From Nanobdellota archaeon (lineage in GTDB: Archaea; Nanobdellota; Nanobdellia; Nanobdellales; Nanobdellaceae), in the NCBI GenBank assembly GCA_042850255.1, contig AP031373.1, forward strand, positions 420,001 to 452,000: a stretch of 32,000 nucleotides of DNA, given 5' to 3'. The position numbers and the translations under genes are program-made. Below, in pieces: positions 23,393-31,043 of this stretch; within the stretch, counting starts at the first letter, position 1; each line of letters opens with the position of its first letter. Under the pieces are notes generated by a model. It made no database searches and was not told the origin of the DNA. It worked only from the letters and a program-made list of their open reading frames with translations.

Positions 23393-23488
23393 ATGGATAC
23401 AGATGTTAAAGAAGCATTTTATGATTTATTGATTTTAATGATCGCATTGGGATTAGTAATATTTGCATATTGGTTATCATCTTTATAA
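23393..23488 (+). CDS. possible 31-aa single-TM micropeptide (MDTDVKEAFYDLLILMIALGLVIFAYWLSSL)
   Basis: This small ORF is not in the supplied track. It lies 45 nt after the S-layer stop. It has an acidic N-terminus followed by one clean hydrophobic helix. There is no homology evidence. Confidence 0.3.
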   Translation: MDTDVKEAFYDLLILMIALGLVIFAYWLSSL

Positions 23489-23514
23489 ATATTCTTTATA
23501 AATCATTTATAAAT
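23481..23514 (+). promoter_or_regulatory. three tandem TTATAAAT TATA-like units with 13-nt period, immediately upstream of rrp42
   Basis: CTTTATAAAT occurs at 23481-23490 and at 23494-23503, and TTATAAAT at 23507-23514 running into the ATG at 23513. The first copy sits about 28 nt upstream of the start codon. Confidence 0.45.
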
Positions 23515-24304
23515 GGATGTTGGTATAGAGGATAATATAACAAATTATATAAGAAAGATTATAAAAAAAGATCTAAGGTTTGATGGGAGGAAATTATTAG
23601 AATATAGAGATATAAAAATTATAAAAGATTATACAAAAAATGCAGAAGGTTCTTGCTATTTGGAATTAGGAAAAACAAAAGTTTTGGCTGGAGTAAAATT
23701 AGAAATATCAGAACCTTTTCCTGATAATCCAGATTCTGGAATATTAGTTACTAATGTAGAAATTTCTCCTGTATCAGATTTTAATGTAGATTTAGGTCAA
23801 TCTGAAGAATCTGTTGAGTATTCTAGGGTAGTAGATAGAATTATAAGAGAATCTAGGTTTATTGATGATAAAAAATTAGTAATAGAACCTGGAAAATATG
23901 TTTGGACAGTTTTCTTAGATATATATGTATTAAATAATGATGGAAATATAATTGATGCATCTACTTTAGCATCTGTTTGCGCATTAATGAATACATACTT
24001 TCCAAAATTAGAAAAGATAAATAATGAATACAAGGTAAATTATAAGGAAAAAACAAATAATAAATTGCCTTTAAATAAAAATATTCCAGTAATGGTTTCT
24101 TTTGCTAAAATTGATGATAAATTTATCTTAGATCCTAATAAATATGAAGAAGAAGCTGCTGATATGATAATACATATAGGATTATCAGATAATATTAATG
24201 CATTACAAACCAGAAAATCAGGATCAATATCATTGGAAGAATTTACATATTTATTATCGGAAGCTGAAAAATTTAAAGATTATCTGTTAAAAAAGATACT
24301 ATGA
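23513..24304 (+). CDS. rrp42: exosome complex component Rrp42 (RNase PH-like, non-catalytic)
   Basis: RFDGRKLLEYRDIKI, AEGSCYLELGKTKVLAGVKLEISEPFPDNPDSGILVTNVE and VWTVFLDIYVLNNDGNIIDAS are present. The length (263 aa) and the PF.D.P..G block fit Rrp42 rather than Rrp41. Confidence 0.82.
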   Translation: MDVGIEDNITNYIRKIIKKDLRFDGRKLLEYRDIKIIKDYTKNAEGSCYLELGKTKVLAGVKLEISEPFPDNPDSGILVTNVEISPVSDFNVDLGQSEESVEYSRVVDRIIRESRFIDDKKLVIEPGKYVWTVFLDIYVLNNDGNIIDASTLASVCALMNTYFPKLEKINNEYKVNYKEKTNNKLPLNKNIPVMVSFAKIDDKFILDPNKYEEEAADMIIHIGLSDNINALQTRKSGSISLEEFTYLLSEAEKFKDYLLKKIL

Positions 24305-24504
24305 CAAATAATATTTCTAGATTTGCTTTAGCTAGATTAATTGGTGCTAGAGCATTGCAGATCGCTATGGGAGCTCCTATGTTAGTAAAATTATCAAAAG
24401 AAGATTTAGAAAAAATAAAATATGATCCGATAAAAATTGCAATGATAGAATATGAAAAAGGAGTTTTACCTCTAAAAGCTGTTTTTAAAAAGAAGTATCT
24501 ATAA
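24301..24504 (+). CDS. rpoK: DNA-directed RNA polymerase subunit K (Rpo6/omega-like)
   Basis: RFALARLIGARALQIAMGAPMLV and the later DPIKIAMIEYEKGVLPL are the conserved RpoK/Rpb6 blocks. Size is 67 aa. It overlaps rrp42 by ATGA. Confidence 0.88.
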   Translation: MTNNISRFALARLIGARALQIAMGAPMLVKLSKEDLEKIKYDPIKIAMIEYEKGVLPLKAVFKKKYL

Positions 24505-24639
24505 TTTTAAATATTAAAGTTGGTTTTATAAAATATTGATAAGTAGATAAAATTAATTAATTATACAGAAATAGAAACAAATATTAAGGATTAATAATTA
24601 GAAGTGATTTTTAAGTATAATATTTTTTATTTTAATTTT

Positions 24640-24711
24640 TGGGACCGCGGGGATTCGAACCCCGGACCACCGGCTAGTCAGGCCGGCATCATACCACTAG
24701 ACTACGGTCCC
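24640..24711 (-). tRNA. tRNA-Val (anticodon GAC), no intron, no encoded CCA
   Basis: The reverse complement is GGGACCG-TA-GTCTAGTGGTATGATG-CCGGC-CTGACTA-GCCGG-TGGTC-CGGGG-TTCGAAT-CCCCG-CGGTCCC-A. Acceptor, anticodon and T stems are fully paired. The anticodon loop is CTGACTA (GAC). The D stem is weak and position 37 is U, which is unusual, so the isotype is slightly less certain than the gene itself. Confidence 0.88.
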
Positions 24712-24756
24712 TTTATGGAAATATTGAATAATAAAATTTATTAACATATATAATAT

Positions 24757-25140
24757 ATGAAAGATGAAATAAAAATGTTTTTAGAAAGAGCTGAAGGATT
24801 CTATGATAATGCTATATATAATTACAATAACGGAAGATATGATTTAGCATTATTTAATATAGAACAGGCAATACAATTATTAATTAAAGCAAAGTTATTA
24901 GATTTAAAAGGTTACTATGAAAAAACTCATAATTTAAGAAAATTATTAAGCGATTTAAATAATATATTAAATAGTAGGGAATTAGAAGAATTTATTAATA
25001 AAAATATAGAAATAATAAAAATAATAGAGTTATCCTATATTGGTGCTAGGTATTTATTTTATGAATTTGATAAAACTGATGCGGAAAAAGGGATAAAAAT
25101 ATATAAAGAATTAAAAGAAATATTATGGAAAATTTATTAA
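24757..25140 (+). CDS. HEPN domain protein (KNTase_C/PF05168-like)
   Basis: It is a 127-aa all-helical protein. F..A...Y..A.....G.Y..A.F...QAIQLL.KA, ...THNL..LL and ...ARY are typical of the small HEPN proteins paired with minimal nucleotidyltransferases. It overlaps the MNT gene by 16 nt. Confidence 0.78.
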   Translation: MKDEIKMFLERAEGFYDNAIYNYNNGRYDLALFNIEQAIQLLIKAKLLDLKGYYEKTHNLRKLLSDLNNILNSRELEEFINKNIEIIKIIELSYIGARYLFYEFDKTDAEKGIKIYKELKEILWKIY

Positions 25141-25451
25141 GAAAAGAATATTTTGATAATTATTTAAAATATGTAAAAGAAATAGAAGAATTTGCAAAAG
25201 AATATTTTGGCAACAATTTTTATCAGTTAATACTATTTGGCAGTATAATAAATGGCAACTATTCTATAGGATTATCAGATATAGATATAGCAATAATATT
25301 AAGAAAAGATATTGATTTAAAAGAAAAGGTAAAATTTTTGGTTGAAATAGATAAAAAATATAAAGATCATCCATTTGAAATACATATAATTGATATAAAT
25401 AAATGGGAAAGTTGGTATAAAAGATTTGTAAAAAATTATAAAATAATCTAG
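25125..25451 (+). CDS. minimal nucleotidyltransferase (MNT, Pol-beta superfamily)
   Basis: LFGSIINGNYSIGLSDIDIAIIL matches the GS-x(n)-SDIDL nucleotidyltransferase signature. Size is 108 aa. Confidence 0.82.
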   Translation: MENLLRKEYFDNYLKYVKEIEEFAKEYFGNNFYQLILFGSIINGNYSIGLSDIDIAIILRKDIDLKEKVKFLVEIDKKYKDHPFEIHIIDINKWESWYKRFVKNYKII

Positions 25452-25708
25452 TAAATTATTTTAAAATCTTTATATCCTTTATCCTCTATATTTATAATAT
25501 CTATTTTATCAACCCTTGCTCTTTCAGGTCCCTTTTTACATAATTCAACCATTTTATCTATATTTTCTCCTTCAAATACTGCTTCAACAGTTCCATCTGG
25601 GTTATTTTTTACATAACCTTTTATATTATATTTTAATGCATTTCTATATACGAAATTTCTAAAACCTACTCCTTGTACTTTTCCGTATATAATTACCTTG
25701 ACACCCAT
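25448..25708 (-). CDS. acyP: acylphosphatase
   Basis: GKVQGVGFRNFV (the V.G.VQGV.FR phosphate-binding loop) and ...GYVKNNPDGTVEAVFEG are present. Size is 86 aa. Confidence 0.9.
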   Translation of the reverse strand: MGVKVIIYGKVQGVGFRNFVYRNALKYNIKGYVKNNPDGTVEAVFEGENIDKMVELCKKGPERARVDKIDIINIEDKGYKDFKIIY

Positions 25709-25755
25709 AGATTTATAAATTATTCAAAAAACATAAGTACTTATGGATAGTCGGA

Positions 25756-27096
25756 ATGATGAAAACAGTATTTATTAAAGATCTTTTTAAAGAGGAATTA
25801 GTAGGAAAGGAAGTGAGTATAAAAGGTTGGGTTTATAGAATGAGAGATATGAAGGATAAAGTTTTCTTTGTTATAAGAGACTCTTCAGGAATAATACAAG
25901 CAGTTGTAAGAAAAGAGAATGTTGATGAAAAAACATGGAGTGATGCGATAAAATTCCAAATTGAGGGTTCTTTGGAAGTAAAAGGAATATTAAGAAAAGA
26001 TGAAAGAGCACCGGGAGGATATGAGATTGATGTAAAAGAAATAATAGTATATGATTATGGACAACCATTCCCATTAAAGGGAGATGAAGATGTAGATACT
26101 ATACAAAAATGGAGACATTTATGGATAAGAACCAGATGGTTTGCAGATATATTAAAAATAAAGCATAGTTTATTAAAGAACTTAAGGGATTGGTATATAA
26201 AAGATGGATGGTTTGAAGTAAACCCGCCAATATTAGTAGGAAACGCTGCAGAAGAAACTACAACATTATTTGAAGTAAAATACTTTGATGAAAAAGCATA
26301 TTTATCGCAATCTGCGCAATTATATTTAGAAGCATTAATATTTGTATTAGAAAAAGTATTCTCATTAACTCCATCATTTAGGGCAGAAATGTCTAGAACA
26401 AAGAGACATTTACACGAATACTGGCACTTTGAAATAGAAGCTGCATGGTATGATATGGATGATTTAATGAAAGCAGTAGAGGAATCATTAAAATATTCTA
26501 TTGAAAAAACTATTGAAGAAAGAAAATCAGAATTTGAAGATTTGGAAAAGATTACTGGAAGAAAAATTGAAGAATTAAAAGCATTTGTAGAAAAACCATG
26601 GAAAAGGTTAGAATATAAAGAAGGTATAAAAATATTACAAGATAAGGGGGTAAATATAAAGTATGGAGATGATTTAGGATCTGATGAAGAAAGAATATTA
26701 ACAATGGAATTTGATACTCCAATATTCTTAATGTATTATCCAAGAGAAGTTAAAGCATTTTATATGTATGAAAAAGGAGATGGTACAGTTAAAAACTTTG
26801 ATTTATTAGCACCAGAAGGATATGGGGAAATAATAGGAGGATCAGAAAGAGAATGGAGGTATGATATATTAGATAAAAAGGTAAAAGAATGGGGATTGGA
26901 TAAATTAAAAGTAAAAGTCGGAAATGAAGAAATTAGCGCATATGAATGGTATGAAGATTTAAGAAGATATGGTTCAGTACCACATTCAGGAATGGGATTA
27001 GGATTAGAAAGATTTACAAGATGGATATGTAAATTAGATCATATAAGAGATACATTGCCATTCCCAAGATTAAGAGGAGGCTGGTTATATCCATAA
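25756..27096 (+). CDS. asnS: class IIb aminoacyl-tRNA synthetase, most likely asparaginyl-tRNA synthetase
   Basis: It has an N-terminal OB fold (VSIKGWVYRMRDMKDKVFFVIRDSSG). Motif 2 is SFRAEMSRTKRHLHEYWHFEIEAAW, with an E-x-E pattern as in AsnRS. QSAQLYLEA and YGSVPHSGMGLGLERF (VPH as in AsnRS) are present, and the C-terminus has IRDTLPFPR. AspRS is not fully excluded. Confidence 0.7.
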   Translation: MMKTVFIKDLFKEELVGKEVSIKGWVYRMRDMKDKVFFVIRDSSGIIQAVVRKENVDEKTWSDAIKFQIEGSLEVKGILRKDERAPGGYEIDVKEIIVYDYGQPFPLKGDEDVDTIQKWRHLWIRTRWFADILKIKHSLLKNLRDWYIKDGWFEVNPPILVGNAAEETTTLFEVKYFDEKAYLSQSAQLYLEALIFVLEKVFSLTPSFRAEMSRTKRHLHEYWHFEIEAAWYDMDDLMKAVEESLKYSIEKTIEERKSEFEDLEKITGRKIEELKAFVEKPWKRLEYKEGIKILQDKGVNIKYGDDLGSDEERILTMEFDTPIFLMYYPREVKAFYMYEKGDGTVKNFDLLAPEGYGEIIGGSEREWRYDILDKKVKEWGLDKLKVKVGNEEISAYEWYEDLRRYGSVPHSGMGLGLERFTRWICKLDHIRDTLPFPRLRGGWLYP

Positions 27097-27234
27097 TTTT
27101 TTATAATTTTTTATATTATACTAGTTTTAAGTAATTATATATTAGATTATTTAAAAAGAAATATAAAATAAGTTATTTTGGTTACTAATTTTAGATAATA
27201 TTATATTTCCTATAAATTCAAATAAAAATATCCT

Positions 27235-27882
27235 TTATTTATATCCTGTAAATACTTCAAGATATATATTTTTTAATCCATTATTTTTTAACATTCTAAA
27301 CATGGATAATGTAAAATTAACAGATCCACAAATATAATAATCATACTTATATATATCATCTACATACTTTTTTATCATATCCATATCTATATGTTTATTT
27401 TCATAACCTGGTATATTTTCTCTAGTAATTGTTAAAACTAATTTTACATTTTTTAATAAATCTAAATATATTGCTTCTTTTAAATATCTGACAGAATAAA
27501 ATAAAATTACATTATAATCTAACTTATGTTTTATAATATATTTTATATTAGATAAAAAAGGAGTAATTCCTATACCTCCAGCAATAAATACAACATTTCT
27601 ATTTTCCTTTAATGATAGATTACCACCATAAGGTCCATCAATATATATTTTATCTCCAGGATTCAGATTTTTCATTTTTTTCTTATAATTACTCTCTGTT
27701 AATAATGATATAATTGATAAATAATTATCATCAGGTATTGATGTTAGGGAAAATTCTCTAAATTCATTGTCAATATATAATCTAATAAATTGACCAGGTT
27801 TAAAATCAATTACCTTCTCAAATTTTAATTCTAGTATATCATCAGTTAAGAATCTCTTATCTAATACTTTTGATTCAAGCAT
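27235..27882 (-). CDS. ferredoxin-reductase-type FAD/NAD(P)-binding oxidoreductase (FNR family, no Fe-S domain)
   Basis: FKPGQFIRL, REFSLTS (the R-x-Y/F-S FAD motif), VFIAGGIGITPF (G-G-x-G-x-x-P NAD(P) motif) and YICGS are present. Size is 215 aa. Confidence 0.75.
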   Translation of the reverse strand: MLESKVLDKRFLTDDILELKFEKVIDFKPGQFIRLYIDNEFREFSLTSIPDDNYLSIISLLTESNYKKKMKNLNPGDKIYIDGPYGGNLSLKENRNVVFIAGGIGITPFLSNIKYIIKHKLDYNVILFYSVRYLKEAIYLDLLKNVKLVLTITRENIPGYENKHIDMDMIKKYVDDIYKYDYYICGSVNFTLSMFRMLKNNGLKNIYLEVFTGYK

Positions 27883-27958
27883 GAACTTATATTATCAGCA
27901 AAAATTTTATATTGCAATGTTATACTGATTTATTGTAAAATAAAAACTTCTATAAAAA

Positions 27959-28906
27959 CTATCCTAATAATTCCTTTATATATCTTAATCCAACCTCTGT
28001 TTCTTTTATATCTACTTTATCAATAGTATCTATATCTGAATGATATATTGGAAATAAATCATCTTGAGTTACTGTTATTTGTGCAATTTTTTCTCCAAAT
28101 ATTCTATATACTTCATATACAACTTTTTCTGCAAATGTTTCTGGCTTTTTATTTCTTAAATCTATTAATAACGTTTTTCTATATCCAAAACTATCTATTA
28201 TTATATTTTCTTTTTCTGGCATAAATTCGAAGTTTTCTATGATTCTTCTAGATGAATAGATCCAATAATCATAATAAAAGCTTATTTCTTCAAATCCAAA
28301 CAATATTATCATATTATCTTTTAAATTAATCATATTATTTTTTATCATAGTTAATATTGATGCTACAGATAAACTATTGTCAATTGCTCCAGTCCATAGT
28401 GCATCATAATGTATTATACCAATTCTTTTTGGATTTTCTATATTTCCAAATATAAATACTTTATTCTTTACATCTTTTATATGTACTTTTAAATATCCAT
28501 CTATATCTTTTGCATTTAACACTTTTGGTAAATCTTTTTTTGATATTGCTAACGCTGGAACTCTATAAAAATTTGGCGTAGATATGCTTTCACATTTTGA
28601 ACTAAAATTAATGTTTGGGTAAGAATAATTAACTTCTAAATCTATGGAATCTTTTATATTTAATTCTACTTTACCAGATTCTAAACCATCTGGTAATACT
28701 CTTATTTTCTCTCCATCTGCATATAAATAATATTCTTTAAAATCTGGAACAGGAACAAAAAATTCTATTGTATGATAATCAATTTTATTTTTTTCTAAAT
28801 ATTTTTCTATATATTCCATTCTATTTAAATTTTTCCTAATATAGTTTTCATCCATTACTACAAAATCTTCTAAAAATTTCATTATTTCTTTTATTAATTC
28901 TTCCAT
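27959..28906 (-). CDS. M28-like metallopeptidase homolog (tentative)
   Basis: IGIIHYDALWTGAIDNSLSVASILTMIKN resembles the M28 H-x-D....GA.DN.SG.A.LLE block. The following IILFGFEEISFY resembles the F..F..EE.G block. The rest is not recognisable, and completeness of the active site is unverified. Confidence 0.5.
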   Translation of the reverse strand: MEELIKEIMKFLEDFVVMDENYIRKNLNRMEYIEKYLEKNKIDYHTIEFFVPVPDFKEYYLYADGEKIRVLPDGLESGKVELNIKDSIDLEVNYSYPNINFSSKCESISTPNFYRVPALAISKKDLPKVLNAKDIDGYLKVHIKDVKNKVFIFGNIENPKRIGIIHYDALWTGAIDNSLSVASILTMIKNNMINLKDNMIILFGFEEISFYYDYWIYSSRRIIENFEFMPEKENIIIDSFGYRKTLLIDLRNKKPETFAEKVVYEVYRIFGEKIAQITVTQDDLFPIYHSDIDTIDKVDIKETEVGLRYIKELLG

Positions 28907-28922
28907 ATTATTTTTAAAAAAT

Positions 28923-30185
28923 TTATTTTTTAAAGGATTGAGCTAAACATATTTGCTTATAAAGACTTAGAGGTGATAGTCCATCTTCATATAATGTAGA
29001 TACTTTTATATACTCTGGAGCTATTCCTTCTTTTTTAGTTATACTGTTTGGTTTTATTATATATGTTCTCCAGGGTTCCATTATTCCTTTACAAAGTTCT
29101 TCTGTATATATATGTTTACCCGGTAATTCTTTTCCATATATTTCTTTATCTTTTCTGTCGAGTCTACCATCTAGAAATATTAATTTTCCATCTAGATCTT
29201 TAACAACACCAGCTGTCAAATAATATCCATCTATACCATCTATTGATTTTTTTCTATCTTCTTCTTTTGCTATAATATAATCTTTAATATGTTTATAGAA
29301 ATAATCTCTACTTATAGTTTTTCCATCTTTTTTATCCGTTACTAATTTTTGGAAATCTACTATAAATATCCTTGCTTTATATTTTTCTCCTTCTTTTTCA
29401 AATCTTTCTGCAGATTCTTTGTCATATACTGTTAATATTTCATCTTCTTTATATCCAAGATCTTTTAGTATCTTGCTTATATATTTAGCATCATCTTTTA
29501 CTGAAGCTTCTATTAATGTTTTTCCTTCATATTCTTTTAGGAAATCTTTATGTTTTTCAATGAATTCATATATTCTTTCTAAGTATGTTAAATCTTCATA
29601 ATCTTTAGGGATGTCCTCTGTTATTTTATCTACGAATCCTTCTATTACATCTTTTATAAATTCTTCCTTACTTGAATATTTACCTTTATCATATTTATAT
29701 ATAAAGCCCCCCAAAGTTTTACTTCCGATTCCAGATCCAGGTTTAACTTTTATATATCCTTTTTCTATATATTTCTTATCTCTAATTTCCTTTATTAAAT
29801 CATATAATTCTTTTGATGCTTTATCTATATCCTCTATTTTAGATTCTTTATACTTTATTTTATATTCGTATAATTTTCCTTTTATTATTTTAGGTCTTAA
29901 TAAATCTTCATATTTTTCAATAGGTACTCTTATCTTATAACTTCCATAATCTTCTCTACTATCTATTTTTTCAAATTCTGGAACAATTGCTACTAAAGTT
30001 TTTTCACCTATTAATGTTATCCATTGAAATGCATATGATTTATAATGATCTCTATCAAGAATTGGTGTATCCTCTACCCATCTTGCTATTATTATATCTA
30101 GAGGACCTCCTTTTGTATCTTCTACCATATATTTTATCCTATGTAATAAATCCAATTCTGTAAAACTTGCCTGTTCTGTTACCAC
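28923..30185 (-). CDS. hypothetical K/E/D/Y-rich soluble protein (420 aa)
   Basis: This is a long uninterrupted ORF 16 nt upstream of the M28-like gene on the same strand. The tracked start is GTG, and the first ATG codon is residue 20 (MVEDTKGG). No family recognised. Confidence 0.6.
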   Translation of the reverse strand: MVTEQASFTELDLLHRIKYMVEDTKGGPLDIIIARWVEDTPILDRDHYKSYAFQWITLIGEKTLVAIVPEFEKIDSREDYGSYKIRVPIEKYEDLLRPKIIKGKLYEYKIKYKESKIEDIDKASKELYDLIKEIRDKKYIEKGYIKVKPGSGIGSKTLGGFIYKYDKGKYSSKEEFIKDVIEGFVDKITEDIPKDYEDLTYLERIYEFIEKHKDFLKEYEGKTLIEASVKDDAKYISKILKDLGYKEDEILTVYDKESAERFEKEGEKYKARIFIVDFQKLVTDKKDGKTISRDYFYKHIKDYIIAKEEDRKKSIDGIDGYYLTAGVVKDLDGKLIFLDGRLDRKDKEIYGKELPGKHIYTEELCKGIMEPWRTYIIKPNSITKKEGIAPEYIKVSTLYEDGLSPLSLYKQICLAQSFKK

Positions 30186-30325
30186 ATATACTTTTCTTAT
30201 TTTTTTATCTAAATCTTCAATTCGGCAAGAAAGATTTTGTGTCCATAGTTTAGTATATAAATAGAAAGATTTATAAGTTTAACTGTTTATATTTTACTAA
30301 AAGATAGTTACATAAATTTAAAAAT

Positions 30326-31042
30326 TTATCTCAACCTATATCCACCATCTACTGGAATTACTACTCCATTTATCCATTCCGATTCTTCACTCATTAACCA
30401 AGCACCCACTATTGCAAAATCTTCAGGTGGTGCTTTTGGATCTCCTAGTTTTCTTAAAGATCTCCAATCTCTTTCAGGTATAAATTCTCCGTCTATCCAA
30501 CTTGGTGCAATTCCAACAACTCTTATTTCTTTATTTAATAATTCTGAAGCTAATACTTCTACAGCTTTGGCAATACCTGCTTTTGCTATAGAATATGATA
30601 ATTGGTTTGGTAATGCTTTGTCTATACCTTTAATAGCAGAAATTAATAATATTGTAGATCCTTTATCTAATATATCTAAAAATGTATTAATAATATTTAT
30701 TGGATATTTAATATGATTATTTATCATTTGATCTAATGCATATGGATTTTCTATATTATCTTCTTCATATCCTCCAATCATTATTGCTATTCCATTTATT
30801 TTATCTTTTATTTTCTTAACTTCATTTTTTAATTTATCTAAATTTTCTTTTAAACTTATATCTGTAGATATTATATATACTTTTCCATATTTTTCTAAAT
30901 TATTTTTTATATATTCCAGTTTTTCTTTATCTCTAGATACTAATATTATTTCTGCCCTATTTTTAACTAAAAAATAACTTAACGCATATCCAAATCCTTT
31001 ACTTACTCCTATTAAAAGAAATGTTTTTCCATGAAAGTCCAT
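30326..31042 (-). CDS. short-chain dehydrogenase/reductase (SDR)
   Basis: The N-terminal GVSKGFGYALS is a variant of the TGxxxGxG Rossmann motif. The catalytic YSIAKAG (YxxxK) and the upstream SAIKG (Ser) are present. Size is 238 aa. It starts 1 nt after the upstream gene's stop. Confidence 0.85.
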   Translation of the reverse strand: MDFHGKTFLLIGVSKGFGYALSYFLVKNRAEIILVSRDKEKLEYIKNNLEKYGKVYIISTDISLKENLDKLKNEVKKIKDKINGIAIMIGGYEEDNIENPYALDQMINNHIKYPINIINTFLDILDKGSTILLISAIKGIDKALPNQLSYSIAKAGIAKAVEVLASELLNKEIRVVGIAPSWIDGEFIPERDWRSLRKLGDPKAPPEDFAIVGAWLMSEESEWINGVVIPVDGGYRLR

Positions 31043-31043
31043 A

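Noticed and set aside
23797-24033. 78-aa minus-strand ORF inside rrp42
   Set aside because: It is antisense to a gene with clear RNase PH-like Rrp42 blocks.
25871-26743. Two minus-strand ORFs (25871-26074, 26552-26743) inside the AsnRS gene
   Set aside because: They are antisense shadows of a class II aaRS gene with all three motifs.
29671-29697. PGSGIGSKT in the 420-aa protein as a Walker A P-loop (approximate coordinates, minus strand)
   Set aside because: The canonical motif is GxxxxGK[ST]. Here a Ser separates G and K (G-S-K-T), and no Walker B or other NTPase motifs were seen.
29419-29940. Two plus-strand ORFs (29419-29601, 29611-29940) opposite the 420-aa minus-strand ORF
   Set aside because: They are short, S/L/F/I-rich shadows of a K/E-rich gene. 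The 1.26-kb uninterrupted minus-strand frame is far less likely by chance in DNA this AT-rich.
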